Positions 63,708 through 64,000 of a stretch of DNA of 64,000 bases are shown here, one piece after another. Every line of letters starts with the position of its first letter. The first letter of the stretch is position 1. The notes under the pieces are model-generated. The model did not search any database and was not told the DNA's origin. It saw only the letters and a list, made by a program, of their open reading frames with translations. Position numbers and translations under genes: made by a program. The stretch comes from a virus (Duplodnaviria > Caudoviricetes), in the IMG/VR virus record IMGVR_UViG_3300020472_000021, positions 3,145-67,144 of that record; one strand, given 5' to 3'.

Positions 63708-64000
63708 TGTGGGGTGCGACTTCAAAACCGCAGTTGGTACAAGAGGTCTCCAAACATAAAGAGCAAAGGAAAACAGTGCGATCACCTCGTTCAATACAAG
63801 GTCATTTAAGATCCTTCTGAATTGTCGCTCACCCCTGCCTTGCGTCACACCTGACCCACGATTGGACTTACAGGACGTAATTTCTCTGCTGAACAGAGAC
63901 AACCATAGATCCTTGCCAAATGGTGAGGGAAAACAAAACTGAGGGGAAGTCAATTACCTCAACGTCATGTGTCTGCTTCTCTTAGTAGGATGAACCCCAC
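63708..64000 (-). ncRNA. candidate cluster of structured non-coding RNA modules
   Basis: Several nested stems with G-U pairs on the - strand (GGTGTGAC/GTCGCACC, GCAAGG/CTTTGC, ACCTTGT/ACGAGGT, TCTCTG/CAGAGA, TGAGG/CCTCA); no credible ORF. Confidence 0.5.

Noticed and set aside
63669-63953. 94-aa ORF from the track
   Set aside because: TTG start, no RBS, atypical composition, overlaps the next gene's RBS; region better explained as structured RNA.
63860-63985. Resemblance to hairpin ribozyme (AGAGAAG, AGAGAAA, GTCCTGT)
   Set aside because: The loop B partner strand GUAUAUUAC and the required helix arrangement are not present.
1-64000. tRNA, rRNA, group I intron or intein
   Set aside because: No cloverleaf with T-loop and CCA, and no interrupted core gene or intein motif noticed by eye; tRNAscan and Infernal would be needed to exclude them fully.

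Overview
AT-rich segment of a T4-like marine cyanomyovirus (Kyanoviridae-type, probably a Prochlorococcus/Synechococcus phage), almost all genes on the - strand. 1-54.9 kb is the late morphogenesis region. In transcription order: PAAR-like spike tip, SET-domain protein, baseplate gp25-gp6-gp7-gp8, a 2708-aa VrlC-like protein, 1818-aa and 3968-aa fibre-type proteins, a distal fibre and chaperone, then gp13-gp14-gp15-gp16. Between the fibres and gp13 is a translationally coupled cassette behind one late promoter: fibre-like protein, chaperone, two unknown proteins, a U32-family/SAM-methyltransferase fusion and six tandem 2OG-Fe(II) oxygenases. 55-64 kb is an early region of small ORFs punctuated by 12 copies of a ~22-bp palindromic box, 11 of them 28-31 nt from a -10 hexamer and four driving apparently leaderless genes. 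It also holds DnaA-box-like inverted pairs and candidate structured RNAs. Main leads: the possible virion-modification cassette; the bracket-matched nested domain tree and phycobiliprotein-like Cys motifs in the 3968-aa protein; the box/promoter array; the structured RNA cluster at 63.7-64.0 kb. All family calls come from recognising motifs by eye; no searches were run.
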